Counted from the whole stretch's first letter, positions 39,894 through 50,974 are shown. The stretch: DNA of 62,929 bases, filler included, from Theionarchaea archaeon (GCA_018992565.1; 6 parts of 6 records of this genome joined end to end with filler, not necessarily neighbours in it), one strand, 5' to 3'. Notes: generated by a model not told the origin, from the sequence alone. Program-made: numbers and translations.

Positions 39894-42053
39894 TCAAGAG
39901 GGCTGCCACTCATCCACAACTACTTCTATAGGTGAATTAAGGTTCTCCTGAGGCGTTCTGTGAATCTTGAAGACTTTGACTGTTCCAAAATCAGCTACTT
40001 CTTCAAAATAGTGCAATCCACTTCCATTGAAGAAGAATAACCGTACCATCATGGTGTCCATGGCATCAGCGGGTATCAGTATAGCCAGTGCATCTGAATT
40101 GAACCACACGACACCCGGTGACCCACTCTCCCTAATCAGGAAGTATATTGTCCCGTCTGCAGTATACACTGTCCCCTGAGTTGGTATCAGAGACTGTCCC
40201 TCCACAATGAAGCTATGGTACTCCCCCTGACTCTCAAATATCATGATATTCGCCACCATCGTCGCATACAGGTGCTCCGTGACCTGAGGTCTCAGAACAG
40301 TCCCTACTGGAGTCCCTCCATAGAGGTAGGTAGTCTCACCTTGTCCTGTGACATAGTCCCATGTTCCAAGATAGGAAATAACATCAAACACCATGGCTGT
40401 CCTGGAATCAAGGAGCAAATAAGCATCCTGTCCCTCGACAGCAAAAGGAGTCATTTCCACGTCCAACAATTCGGCTCCCGTATCTCCTGGAGGATATGAC
40501 CTCACCTGTCTTGCCACATCACTACTATCAAACCCGAATACCTCCTGTACTGCAATCTCCTCGGTGGTAGTATTCAGCATCATCCCGAATTTGAGCAGCC
40601 TCCAGTAGATGTCATAGTGCCCGCCATTCATCACGGACTTTCGTTCTGCAATAGACTCTATCCAGTATCCATTTTCCCAGTCTGATATCACCACACTCTC
40701 AGGGGAAGTATTCTCCCTAATCCACAGGAGTGCGTCCCACCAGTCATCACTCATTTCAGTTGCCGCCACACCTGCATCTCGGACTGTGAGGCACATGGGG
40801 ATCATCATGACTATTACCAAGCACACGGCCACCAGCTTTCTTCCTGGAGATCCCTTTACAAGGAAGTCCCAGATTCCCGACAGCGCCACACCGGAGCCAA
40901 TGAGTACTGGTACCATCAGGATCAGAAGAAACCGTACACCTGAAAGAGATACCAGAATCCCGCCTGCAAAATAAAGACTCAAGAAAACAACTCTATTAAG
41001 CGAATGCTCCCGTTTCAGTAAGACATACAATCCAACAGGGGCCAGAACTAATGTAACAGTGAAGTTCTCAAGAAGATACTCCAGGGTAACTGGTTGCCTC
41101 TGGGAAATGAATGGTCCAATGTTCGGGAGGAGTGTACCTCTCGTTTCTGAAACAGCTTGAGACAGGTTGAGACTGCCCGGCACCCTAGACAGAAATCCTT
41201 CACGATACAATATGATCAGAAGAATACAGAGAACTCCGAGGACTACGACATGTTGTCGACTTTGGAATCTGTCCCTGAAGAGCAGCGTGAGAGAAGCAAT
41301 GATAAGGACAAGGCCTTCCACAAAGAAGTGAGAATAGAAACTGTGAGGTACAAGAAAGGAGAGAAGTAATACACTGACAGGGATCAGGTTGACTGGCTCT
41401 TTCTTGAGGAACTTGATGAATACCATCACGAAGGAGGCTCCTGCCAGCAGGAGCAGCATATACCAGTACCCTACCCAGGTCAATTCAAATAGGAACAGGG
41501 AAAATCCAGCAAGAGCAGCATAGGTGAACTTCCAGGGATCTGAAAAGGCCTTCACCCAGAAATATGTTGCTAGAAGAGAGAAGACTAGGATGAATCCATC
41601 AGTATCTGCAAATCCCATCAGAGTCCTCGTAACTGAATATGCAGTCAGCCCGAATACGAGAGCACAGAAAAGACCGCCCTTGGTATCGGAGAACTCTTTC
41701 CCCACGAGGAAAGCCAGAATAATGAATAGGACTACCGGAATTACCATGGAATAGCTGCACCATGACAAGAGGTCAGAATGGACAGTCCACCCAAAAAGAC
41801 GAAATGAATAAGCGAGAAAGTAGGGAAAAAAGGGGGGATGTTTGTTACCGGGTTGGCCTGTTGGCCAAGAAGCATAATAGTCCCATTCCGGTCTGTGTCC
41901 TTCTTCCACAATATTCTCTGCCATTCGATAATAGTAATAAGGATCATAGCGGAGGAGACGATTATCACCATCCAGTACATAATCCGCCCTTACCGCAAGG
42001 GAAACTCCTATAATGACAATAAGCAAGATAATCGCTTTTCGGTTAAGATGCAA
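39894..42053 (-). CDS. aglB: STT3/AglB oligosaccharyltransferase with an atypical WWDYG motif
   Basis: DPYYYYR, GFADTD, multi-TM N-terminal half and WWDALLWIRENT..SVVISDWENGYWI. Confidence 0.85.
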   Translation of the reverse strand: MHLNRKAIILLIVIIGVSLAVRADYVLDGDNRLLRYDPYYYYRMAENIVEEGHRPEWDYYASWPTGQPGNKHPPFFPYFLAYSFRLFGWTVHSDLLSWCSYSMVIPVVLFIILAFLVGKEFSDTKGGLFCALVFGLTAYSVTRTLMGFADTDGFILVFSLLATYFWVKAFSDPWKFTYAALAGFSLFLFELTWVGYWYMLLLLAGASFVMVFIKFLKKEPVNLIPVSVLLLSFLVPHSFYSHFFVEGLVLIIASLTLLFRDRFQSRQHVVVLGVLCILLIILYREGFLSRVPGSLNLSQAVSETRGTLLPNIGPFISQRQPVTLEYLLENFTVTLVLAPVGLYVLLKREHSLNRVVFLSLYFAGGILVSLSGVRFLLILMVPVLIGSGVALSGIWDFLVKGSPGRKLVAVCLVIVMMIPMCLTVRDAGVAATEMSDDWWDALLWIRENTSPESVVISDWENGYWIESIAERKSVMNGGHYDIYWRLLKFGMMLNTTTEEIAVQEVFGFDSSDVARQVRSYPPGDTGAELLDVEMTPFAVEGQDAYLLLDSRTAMVFDVISYLGTWDYVTGQGETTYLYGGTPVGTVLRPQVTEHLYATMVANIMIFESQGEYHSFIVEGQSLIPTQGTVYTADGTIYFLIRESGSPGVVWFNSDALAILIPADAMDTMMVRLFFFNGSGLHYFEEVADFGTVKVFKIHRTPQENLNSPIEVVVDEWQPS

Positions 42054-42199
42054 GGTAACACCTGTGTTGATGGGCTGATGTGACTATTTAAAGATTACGG
42101 GTGATGACTCATTAAGACTTTTATCACGTATCATGAAAAAACAGCTATAATGTTAGGCGCACGTGACTACATAAGGGAAAACACATTCTGCAGCTCTCG

Positions 42200-42390
42200 T
42201 GATTATAGTGTCTTTCAAGTTTGGTTACTCCTTCTATTTCATGTCGAATCTTCTTCATGATAGGGAGAGGTTTCCCCGCATCAATGATCACAATCCGTGT
42301 GGGTAACACGAGAGCAGTGGTATTTCCTCCGCCAATGTATGCAAAGACGTGTTCTGAAACTCTGTGGGTTGTCATTTTTCCCACAATTCA
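42200..42390 (-). pseudogene. Truncated metallo-beta-lactamase-fold N-terminal fragment
   Basis: HRVSEHVFAYIGGGNTTALV..IVIIDAG; the sequence diverges before any HxHxDH motif. Confidence 0.5.
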
Positions 42391-42570
42391 TCGTAATGTC
42401 TGGGCAGTGTGTTCACATCTGTGGGAGGTTCCATGCTCTTCACTTTCTGAATCACGTATAAGTCCTTCTATCCATGTTCGGATTTCAAAATTCGGTGAAG
42501 ATGCTACATATTTAGAGATCCAAATCATCCATTCACTCAATGATACTGTAACGCAGAGGGAGATTCAACT

Positions 42571-43365
42571 CTAACTGATAGCAATATCTCTCTTCTCGAA
42601 GTAGATCACAGCTACCACGAGTATCACTGCAGTTATGAAGAACAGGATTACTACGTCTGAAGCTTCAACGGTGTGATGCACCAGGATTTCTCCAGGGTCG
42701 TAGTAATGGATTATGGATATCTTTCCTATTGCAGCGTATTTCTCTGAAACAAATGAGATGACTTCCACAATATACATACCAAAGATGACTCCTATTGCCA
42801 CTACATTTGCTCTTCTCGTTTCATCGAAGATGACAGAGAACAACATCCCAATGGCACAGACTGCACACAGATAGAAAACAGATAGAACATGAGTGTAAAA
42901 CAAATAGGTCACATCTATGGTCTCGTTTATGTACTTCAAGCATCCAAGAATGACAATAGGTATTACAACATTCATCAGAATTATCGCTGGTACTAGTCCA
43001 AAAAACTTCTCAAGGACAATTCTTGCCCTGGAAACAGGGTTTGAGAGGAGCATATCTATAGTCTTGCTTTCTATTTCTTTTGAGATCAAGGAGGAGGAAA
43101 TGAATGCAAAGTAGATACCGAGAGTAAGCACCCATCCCCACTGGTAGAACTCCATATTCAAATAGCCTCCCACCATTGACAATTCAATCCCTGATCTCCC
43201 GAAAGTAGTCAATGCAACCTCAGGAAGATTATCCATCCACATATCAATAGATCCTTTCATACCAGGGTATATTGATAGTACCATGACAACAAGACCAATG
43301 AAGACGAGAAGTAATATCAAGGTCCCTTTCCAGCTGTTTTTTACGTCATGAATTGCTATTTTCAT
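42571..43365 (-). CDS. ABC-2 transporter permease
   Basis: EIESKTIDMLLSNPVSRARIVLEK and C-terminal FEKRDI. Confidence 0.9.
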   Translation of the reverse strand: MKIAIHDVKNSWKGTLILLLVFIGLVVMVLSIYPGMKGSIDMWMDNLPEVALTTFGRSGIELSMVGGYLNMEFYQWGWVLTLGIYFAFISSSLISKEIESKTIDMLLSNPVSRARIVLEKFFGLVPAIILMNVVIPIVILGCLKYINETIDVTYLFYTHVLSVFYLCAVCAIGMLFSVIFDETRRANVVAIGVIFGMYIVEVISFVSEKYAAIGKISIIHYYDPGEILVHHTVEASDVVILFFITAVILVVAVIYFEKRDIAIS

Positions 43366-43369
43366 ACGA

Positions 43370-44224
43370 TCACCTGTAATAATGTAAGAATATTTCCTCG
43401 AGGCTGAGTTCGCCTATTTCTATGTCTTTGATAGTGAATTTCGCCAGTTTTTTGATGACATCATCCATGTCTTTTGTGACAACGAAGGTCGTCCATCCAT
43501 TCTCCGATTTGGTTTCTATTCCCCTGAGTGTGAGTTTTTCTGCAGTTTTCACCTTCACGACTTTTCCCTTTTTACTCTTCAAAGAATCTACATTTTCCAG
43601 AGTTATCAAATTCCCATCTCTTATTATACCCACCCTGTCTGAGATTTTTTCTACTTCAGTCAGTATGTGAGATGAGATGAACATGGTCTTGCCTTCTTTC
43701 TTTTCTTCTCTCAAGAAATCGTAGAATTTCCCCTGAAGCAAAGGGTCAAGCCCAGCCGTTGGTTCATCCATTATTATCAGTTCAGGATTGTGCATGAAAG
43801 CCTGCACGATGCTCAATTTCTGTTTCATTCCTCGCGAATATCCCTTGACCTTTCTATTCAGTGGGAGTTCAAATATCTCCAGCAGCCTTTCAAGTCTTTT
43901 TTCATCGAAATTTCTCCTCAATTTACCGAAGTATTTCAGTAAATCTTTAGCAGTCAGATCTCCATAGAGGGCGAACTCTCCGGGAATGTATCCTGTCTTC
44001 TCCTTTATCTTCACAATTTCCTTCTCAACATTCTCTCCAAAAATGAAAGCCTTTCCCCTCGTGGGTTTTAGAAATCCAAGAAGCGTTCTTATGGTTGTAG
44101 TTTTTCCTGCACCATTCGGACCTAAGAATCCAAAAATTTCGCCTTTTTCAATGGAAAAACTCAAATTTTCTACTCCTCTGATTTTCCCGTAGTATTTTGT
44201 CAGATCTCGTGTCTCTATTATCAT
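43370..44224 (-). CDS. ABC-2 transporter ATP-binding protein
   Basis: GPNGAGKTT, YSRGMKQK and MDEPTAGLDP. Confidence 0.95.
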   Translation of the reverse strand: MIIETRDLTKYYGKIRGVENLSFSIEKGEIFGFLGPNGAGKTTTIRTLLGFLKPTRGKAFIFGENVEKEIVKIKEKTGYIPGEFALYGDLTAKDLLKYFGKLRRNFDEKRLERLLEIFELPLNRKVKGYSRGMKQKLSIVQAFMHNPELIIMDEPTAGLDPLLQGKFYDFLREEKKEGKTMFISSHILTEVEKISDRVGIIRDGNLITLENVDSLKSKKGKVVKVKTAEKLTLRGIETKSENGWTTFVVTKDMDDVIKKLAKFTIKDIEIGELSLEEIFLHYYR

Positions 44225-44381
44225 GAAGATCACCAGTGTTTTCGATGAGACTTGAACTGCATCAATTTAAAGATATCCCCTGGCACTGATGCAATAGATT
44301 TATAAGGTTTAACTGAGAAAAGACTTCCGACCTATCTTCCTTTGTCGAATGCCCATATTTGAATCCAATAAGTGATGCATT

Positions 44382-44915
44382 ATGGACCAGGATGATCAAT
44401 TTTGGATCGAGCGATCCTATGAGAATTGCAGCGGATGTAGAAGATGTGAGATTTCCTGTTCACTCTACCACGAAGGGAAAATCTGGCCTGAAGCTTCAAG
44501 AATCAGAATTTTCATGCTTGTTCCGGGAATAGAAATACCCCATTTGTGCTTCCAATGTGAGGATTATCCCTGCGTTGAAGCCTGTCCAGAAGGAGCCCTT
44601 TCTGTGATCGTTGAAACTGGAGCAGTCAAGGTAGATGTAGAAACGTGTACAGCATGCGGGTTATGCATAACAGCCTGCCCAGGGAATGTTCCACACCTCC
44701 ATCCAGATGGTAGCTCCATTGTCATATGCGACTTATGTGATGGGGAACCACAATGCGTCAAAGCATGCCTGGAAGGTAAATGGAACGCTTTAACCCTTCT
44801 GCCAAGAGAAAAAGGCATTTCCCATAAAATGCTGGCTGCAACGCCCAAAGAACTCACGAGAAAAGTTGCCAACTACATGCTTGGAGAAAAAACCACAAAG
44901 GAGGTTTTAGAATGA
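44382..44915 (+). CDS. 4Fe-4S dicluster small subunit (WOR5-S-like)
   Basis: Four CxxC cluster motifs and HEGKIWPEASRIR; ATGA overlap with the next gene. Confidence 0.9.
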   Translation: MDQDDQFWIERSYENCSGCRRCEISCSLYHEGKIWPEASRIRIFMLVPGIEIPHLCFQCEDYPCVEACPEGALSVIVETGAVKVDVETCTACGLCITACPGNVPHLHPDGSSIVICDLCDGEPQCVKACLEGKWNALTLLPREKGISHKMLAATPKELTRKVANYMLGEKTTKEVLE

Positions 44916-46789
44916 GGGGTTACGCTGGAAAATTCCTGGAAATAGATCTCTCCAGCGGAGCTATTGAGGAAAAAAAGGTTCCAGACAGCACTCTCAAAGA
45001 CTATATTGGTGGAAGAGGGTTGGCTACAAAGATATTATGGGATACACTAGGGAGTAAATGGGAAAGCGTAGATCCACTCAGCTCAGAAAACATGCTTCTT
45101 GTGTTCACAGGTCCACTGACAGGATACTTTCCTGGAACAAAGATCTGTGTTTCTGGAAAGTCACCTCAAAGCAATGGTGTCATAGGCTCGACGGTAGCAG
45201 GCGAATTCGGAATCGACTTGAAATGCGCAGGGTATGACGGGTTGATCATACAGGGAAAAGCAGAGCAGCCGTGCTACATTTTCATATGCGATGACCACGT
45301 CGAAATTAAGGAAGCTTCACCTATCTGGGGTAAGAAAGCCAGAGAAACTGTACGGTTTCTTGTTAAAGAATCACTCAGAGAAATTAAAGATATCAAACCA
45401 GGGTATGGAGAAGTAATTGAGCCCTCATTTCTGTATATCGGACCGTCTGGAGAAACCAAGACGAGAATAGCCGCTGTCACTTCTAAATATGCGCATGCTG
45501 CAGGTTACGGCGGATATGGAGGAGTCATGGGAGCAAAGAACTTGAAGGCACTTGTTGTAAAAGGGTTTGGTCCAGTACCAGACGTATATGACAAAGAAAA
45601 GACTTTAAATCTTGTCCAGGGATTTTTGATAAAGAATTTTGAACGTGAACGATTTAGACGCTGGGGAACAGGGGCAGGAGGCTACAATTTTGGAGCTGAA
45701 ACAAGTTCAGAACCCATCAGAAACTGGCAAGAGGAATGGCACCAAGAGCAAAGCTATAAGGGAGAAGAATTCGACAAGTACTGGGTAAAAAGAAATTGGG
45801 GAGACTTCGGCTGCCCAACAACGTGCCTCAAGGTTTCTGTGCTGAAAAGTGGAAAGTATGAGGGAGCACTATGCGATAATCCAGATTATGAACTTGAATC
45901 CTACTTGGGAACAAATCTCGGGATATTTACTCCGGAAAAGAATATATACCTTTCTTATGTAAGTAATGAGCTGGGTTCGTGCGGAATCCAGAGTGGAGCA
46001 GTTCTCGGATTCGCAGCAGAACTGTACCAAAGGGGAATACTCACACGAGAGGATCTCGATGGAATAGCGCTTGAGTGGGGGGATGTTGAAGCCTTCGCAG
46101 CCCTAGCTGAGAGAATAGCCACGAGACAGGGAATTGGTGACATCTTAAGTGAGGGGATCTATCGGGCTGCTGTGAAGATTGGTGAAATGAAAGGTCTTGA
46201 TGTGCTTAAATATGCTGTTCACGAAAAGGGTGTAGCTATTGGGGCACACGGCGTTAGAAGTGGAAGAGACTATGTAACAACGAACCCAATTGCGTATGCA
46301 TGTTCAGTTCAGGCAGGAGACCACACGTCAGGGGCTGATCTCCCGATTGGCCACAGGCATAGCGAGTTGTTCTCAATCATGGGAGACTCAGCTGTCTATT
46401 GCTTTTTTGCTGCAATGGCACTTGACAATAGAGACATATTCGACTTCTACGAAGCAGTAACAGGATGGGAACTGACAGAAGAGGAATGGTATCAAGAAAA
46501 AGCTCTGAGAATTCTACAGCTGCAGAGGGCTATGCTCCTCCTGGGTGGACCTGACATCACATGGAAACCCAACCGCGATGATGAGCTTCCGCCACGGTTC
46601 TGGGAGCCATTACCCTCAGGACCTGACAAGGGAAAATCCCTGGACAGAACTGCATTTGAGAAGTCAAAGCTTGAATATTTTGATGCTGCTGGCTGGAATA
46701 AGAATGGTGTGCCAAAACCAGAAACACTACACAATCTTGGTCTCAAAGACGTCGAAGTGAAGCTCAGAGAAGCCTCTTTAATCTCGTGA
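44912..46789 (+). CDS. Tungsten aldehyde:ferredoxin oxidoreductase family protein (WOR5-like)
   Basis: YIGGRGLA, KSPQ, GYDGL, IGPSGE, GVMGAKNLKA and PDYE. Confidence 0.9.
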   Translation: MRGYAGKFLEIDLSSGAIEEKKVPDSTLKDYIGGRGLATKILWDTLGSKWESVDPLSSENMLLVFTGPLTGYFPGTKICVSGKSPQSNGVIGSTVAGEFGIDLKCAGYDGLIIQGKAEQPCYIFICDDHVEIKEASPIWGKKARETVRFLVKESLREIKDIKPGYGEVIEPSFLYIGPSGETKTRIAAVTSKYAHAAGYGGYGGVMGAKNLKALVVKGFGPVPDVYDKEKTLNLVQGFLIKNFERERFRRWGTGAGGYNFGAETSSEPIRNWQEEWHQEQSYKGEEFDKYWVKRNWGDFGCPTTCLKVSVLKSGKYEGALCDNPDYELESYLGTNLGIFTPEKNIYLSYVSNELGSCGIQSGAVLGFAAELYQRGILTREDLDGIALEWGDVEAFAALAERIATRQGIGDILSEGIYRAAVKIGEMKGLDVLKYAVHEKGVAIGAHGVRSGRDYVTTNPIAYACSVQAGDHTSGADLPIGHRHSELFSIMGDSAVYCFFAAMALDNRDIFDFYEAVTGWELTEEEWYQEKALRILQLQRAMLLLGGPDITWKPNRDDELPPRFWEPLPSGPDKGKSLDRTAFEKSKLEYFDAAGWNKNGVPKPETLHNLGLKDVEVKLREASLIS

Positions 46790-46961
46790 TATGATCAAAT
46801 ATTTGATGATAATCATTGATAAATTCTTTAGGGAGTCGTACAAGCAATTACAGGCAAAAGATCCCGATATGCTCTTTATCAACAGAACTGGCTCATTGAT
46901 TTCATGGTCACCAATCAACCCATTCATGACCAGGAGGATGCTGAGAATCAGGGGGCAGTCA

Positions 46962-47837
46962 TCAGTCATCTGAAAAGATCCATAATAATCCATCCTGAAT
47001 AGCAAAACTCACAATGCTGCCGTGATTCAATCCGTAATACTCCTTAAAGATAACCCTGAAATCTGTGTAATCCCTCTTTCCTAGAATCTCTGCCATGTGC
47101 CTGTTGCTCAATATGAACCGTTCTTCTTCCTGCCCACCCACTGCCATGTACAGTGAAGCAGGTACAACTCTGCTCCGCTGATATAACGCCATCTCCTCAG
47201 CAAATAATACATCATTTACTTTGGTAAAATCACCACTGACGGCGATAAAATTCGTGAAAGGATTGTCTGGCTTACCACACTGGAAAAAGGCATGTAACGT
47301 AAAGAATGCACCATCTGAGTGACCTATTAGTGTTCTTCCTGTTACATCTGTGTTATAATTCTCATCTATGAACGGAATGAGTTCATTTTTTAAAAATGCA
47401 TAAAAATCGTTGTAATCCCGGAGGAAGTCCCTCCCCCGATTATTCTCTCTTGGGTATCCAATTCCCACGACAATGGATTCAGGTATCAACCCTTGGTAAC
47501 TCAAGGTGCGTACAATCCCTTTGACACCAGCATCAGGCATTCTCCAGTGTGATCCATCAAAATACCAGTCTCCATCCAATAAATATAGGGTATGATACTG
47601 GTCAGAACTCTCTGGATCATAGTTGCTGGGGAGTCCGACATAGATTGTGAAATTATCTTGAACAGCGTGTGAGTAAAAGATACCTGGTGCATTCTGGGCT
47701 TTTTCAGGGTTCATCCCAGGAGCAGGAGTCAACGTTGGGGTAGCAGGTGCTGGAGACTCCGGAGTTGGAGGAGGAGCACTCACACAACCCAAAACCAAAA
47801 CGACCAAAAAGATGCATCTTACAGATGAAAGGTTCAT
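46962..47837 (-). CDS. Lipoprotein alpha/beta-hydrolase (IroE/BesA-like esterase)
   Basis: VLGC lipobox, Pro-rich linker, LYLLDG and GHSDG nucleophile elbow. Confidence 0.85.
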   Translation of the reverse strand: MNLSSVRCIFLVVLVLGCVSAPPPTPESPAPATPTLTPAPGMNPEKAQNAPGIFYSHAVQDNFTIYVGLPSNYDPESSDQYHTLYLLDGDWYFDGSHWRMPDAGVKGIVRTLSYQGLIPESIVVGIGYPRENNRGRDFLRDYNDFYAFLKNELIPFIDENYNTDVTGRTLIGHSDGAFFTLHAFFQCGKPDNPFTNFIAVSGDFTKVNDVLFAEEMALYQRSRVVPASLYMAVGGQEEERFILSNRHMAEILGKRDYTDFRVIFKEYYGLNHGSIVSFAIQDGLLWIFSDD

Positions 47838-47849
47838 ACTCTCTATTGA

Positions 47850-48635
47850 TCAGGTCTCACTTAAATGTGATCTGCGTAGTGCATGTGCTAACAGAAGCAC
47901 TACACCCAGTGCGAGTCCGTACACGATTGCTCTGTCTAATGGTTGTGACCATTCTTCCAACAGGAGTGGAATATAGTTCAGAGTCCCATGGAGTGCGCCA
48001 ACCAGAAAAAGAGATCCTGTCATGTGGTACAGTAACCCTACGAGAAGGAACAGAATGATGCCAGTCAATATTTCAAGCGGTGACAGTGGATGAAACAATA
48101 GATGGAGGAGGACGAAGGAAACAGCAACTGCCGGAATCCCAATTATTGCACCGTAACTCTCCACGAACCTCGTTTGTAGATACCCTCTGAATGCGATTTC
48201 TTGCCAGAAACTATTCAACATGGCTCCAGTTGTTCCTGCCAAGACTGCAACTGGGACAATACTTGGCATCATGGGCATTTCAACGGCCCCTCGTGCAATA
48301 CCCAGCCCCCAGGACAAGAGTTCCAGAAAACCGCCAAGTATTACGCCTCCACCGAAAAAGACGAATAAATTGAGGTTCCATGACAAGCCGATGTTAGCCC
48401 AGCTGAAATCTCTTCCGTCTACCTTGGTTGTAAGCACATATATTAACCCTATTACTGCTACTAGGTCCATGATGCCTGAGATTATCTGCGAGTCAGTGGT
48501 ATCATTGAGGAGACCAATCATCATCAAGATTATGCGATTCAAGACAATGACTGCTAACACGGAGAAGACCAGTATGAAAAGAATCCAGTATGTTCTGACA
48601 TTTCCCGTTTCATCTCGAAGTAGTCGACCAAACAT
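47850..48635 (-). CDS. CPBP (Abi/CAAX type II) intramembrane protease family protein
   Basis: QEIAFRG, FVLLH and LHGTLN motifs. Confidence 0.85.
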   Translation of the reverse strand: MFGRLLRDETGNVRTYWILFILVFSVLAVIVLNRIILMMIGLLNDTTDSQIISGIMDLVAVIGLIYVLTTKVDGRDFSWANIGLSWNLNLFVFFGGGVILGGFLELLSWGLGIARGAVEMPMMPSIVPVAVLAGTTGAMLNSFWQEIAFRGYLQTRFVESYGAIIGIPAVAVSFVLLHLLFHPLSPLEILTGIILFLLVGLLYHMTGSLFLVGALHGTLNYIPLLLEEWSQPLDRAIVYGLALGVVLLLAHALRRSHLSET

Positions 48636-48917
48636 CGTGATTCTTCTTCACAATTTCTTATTAATATGTTTTTCTACATCAACGGTTTTGGGACAAAATG
48701 CTTTCTCAGTCTTTTGAAATCATGACAGTCAGATTGGATTATTCCGCAGACGTATTCCTACTCAATTCCAATACACTATGAAACCGTCTGCTTTCCCTAT
48801 GGTTCAAATCTTTCCATTTGTGTAGACTCCAAATAGGATATTTGAATAGTAAATTGCACAACACAGCATCATACACCTGATGTAGGCTGGGTGGTAGCAT
48901 CCTGAAATATCATGCAA

Positions 48918-48931
48918 GAAAACCTTTAAAA
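48918..48931 (+). promoter_or_regulatory. BRE/TATA promoter of tRNA-Glu
   Basis: GAAAACCTTTAAAA about 25-35 nt upstream of the tRNA. Confidence 0.6.
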
Positions 48932-48954
48932 GTGATGATGCCAAGAAGGGTCGG

Positions 48955-49029
48955 GCTCCGATAGTGTAGACCGGTCAATCATACGGGCCTCTCGAGCCTG
49001 TGACCCGGGTTCAAATCCCGGTCGGAGCA
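48955..49029 (+). tRNA. tRNA-Glu(CTC)
   Basis: GCTCCGA/TCGGAGC acceptor stem, CGGGC-CT-CTC-GA-GCCTG anticodon arm and GGTTCAAATCC. Confidence 0.95.
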
Positions 49030-49132
49030 TGTNNNNNNNNNNNNNNNNNNNNNNNNNNNNNNNNNNNNNNNNNNNNTTAATTAATTAANNNNNNNNNNNN
49101 NNNNNNNNNNNNNNNNNNNNNNNNNNNNNNNN

Positions 49133-50232
49133 AAGAATTCCAGTTCATCAGGAGGAAAGTCATATGCATTGAGGAAATTTACTGTGAGGAACTCATCCAG
49201 AGAGAAGAGAACGTCGAGGTGGCTGGAAAGCGTGGACATTATGTGTTTTATCCTATCAGTGGCCTCCCTTACAGCAGATATCTTGGCTGCAGTTGAAGGG
49301 ATTCCCTGGTAGTATTCAAGAATGCACCGTTCCACTGCCCTGTTGATGCCAGGAGCACTTCCAGGTCTTGCATGGTACCCCGCTTCTGGAGTTCCCACCA
49401 CAACACAGACTACAGGGAGTCCAATTCCCAGAGAGAAATCCTTGACATATACTTCAAACCCCGCTTCCTGGATCTGGTGAAGCATCTCACGAACTGATGG
49501 TGATAAGAAATTCCATGGGATTGAAGGAACCACCATCCGATTTCTTAGAACAGTCCTTGCTGCATATCTTTCGAAGAGCTCGCACAATGCTTGGACAAGT
49601 GCTTCTTCTCGCGTATTCCCTGCAGCCGTACCTGTAGTCAGGAATGGTGTGTATACCAGAGAGCGGGCGAGATATACAACAGTCCCATTCATGAGATCGT
49701 GGAATTCATACATTCCATCAAGAGAGGGTTGAGGCACTATGCGGTCATGCATTTCTCTGGCGAGAGCAGCATTAAAGGTATTCCACTGGGTTCTCTCATT
49801 CTCGGGGATCACATCAGGTGTCATTTCCAGATGCGGCAGAGCTGGAGAATAATTCCTCCACAAGTATAGTGCCTGCAGGCGTTCCATGAACTCCGCGAAT
49901 CCACTGGCAAGGGCCAGCGGTATTGTCATACCCTTTCCATTCTGACCGACGCTCCCATGCACCAGTGATACCCTGCAAAACCAGGTAGATCCGAATTCAT
50001 TGGGTTGGAGACTGACTACTATATCTGGGAAGAAGTACGGCCTGAGAACATCCTGAATCGTGCGAAGGGTTTCTTCAGGAGATCCACTCTTGTAGCTCAG
50101 GTATGCCTTTGGGGAGCGGTGGAGCACAAAATCAGAGCATCGTGGACGAGGGGCGATTCCTGAGTCCTGTCCCTCAGGTGTACATGTGTCATTGGAACGC
50201 CTTCTCATAGTGGCTTCTTGAGAACTTTCCAT
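49133..50232 (-). CDS. ycaO: YcaO-family protein, 3'-truncated at contig end
   Basis: NGKG..ALASGFAEFMER, TTGTAAGNT.EEALVQALCELFER and AVERCILE ATP-binding motifs. Confidence 0.9.
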
Positions 50233-50356
50233 AAAAATCTTTGGTGTCTTTCCCACAAAAAAGGTCTCTCTCTGCAAAAAGAGGTACAGACGTCTTGTTA
50301 TCCTTTTCCTGGGGGACCGGAGGTTCTTATTCCCCTTTCCGGAAGACTACCAGAAA

Positions 50357-50974
50357 TCAGTCTTTTCCTGAGGCCAGACTACCTAACGTGCCCTTAAGCC
50401 GGAAGTACTCTTCTGCCAGCAGGGAATAAATTCCGAAGTCAACGAATTCCTCATTCTTCAAGACTTCCTGTCTCAGCACGCCTTCTTGTGTGAACCCCAT
50501 TTTCTTGGAAAACTCTTGAGCTCTCATATTGTCCACTGATATTCTGCAGTACACTTTATTGAGGCCTAATTTCTCAAAAGCAGTCTCTAGCACTAGCGCA
50601 GTTGCTTCTACAGCGTATCCTTTCCCCCAGAATGACGTCTCACCTAATAACCCTGAAAATTCTGCCCTCTTGTTGCGGAAGTCTATGTGGTGTAGTACGC
50701 CGTTGCCAATATGCTCACCCTCGAGAGTCTCAACAGCAAACCCCCGGGCAAAATCACTTTTCAAAAGGTGTTCCAGTGAACTTATTTCTTTATGAATGTC
50801 AACGGTCTCCGATACTGGGAGGTACTCAGTAACAGTTGTATCTTTCAACCATTCAAGAGACTTGGCAAAATGACGTCTCTCTATAGGTACAAGTCTAACC
50901 AGGGATCCTTGGTGCATATACTGCGCGAGAAGGTTACACACAAAAGCGTTTCTACTATCCTTCAGGTTCACCAT
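50357..50974 (-). CDS. RimJ/RimL-type GNAT N-acetyltransferase
   Basis: FWGKGYAVEA, AFEKLGLNKV and N..KMGF..EGVLR. Confidence 0.88.
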   Translation of the reverse strand: MVNLKDSRNAFVCNLLAQYMHQGSLVRLVPIERRHFAKSLEWLKDTTVTEYLPVSETVDIHKEISSLEHLLKSDFARGFAVETLEGEHIGNGVLHHIDFRNKRAEFSGLLGETSFWGKGYAVEATALVLETAFEKLGLNKVYCRISVDNMRAQEFSKKMGFTQEGVLRQEVLKNEEFVDFGIYSLLAEEYFRLKGTLGSLASGKD

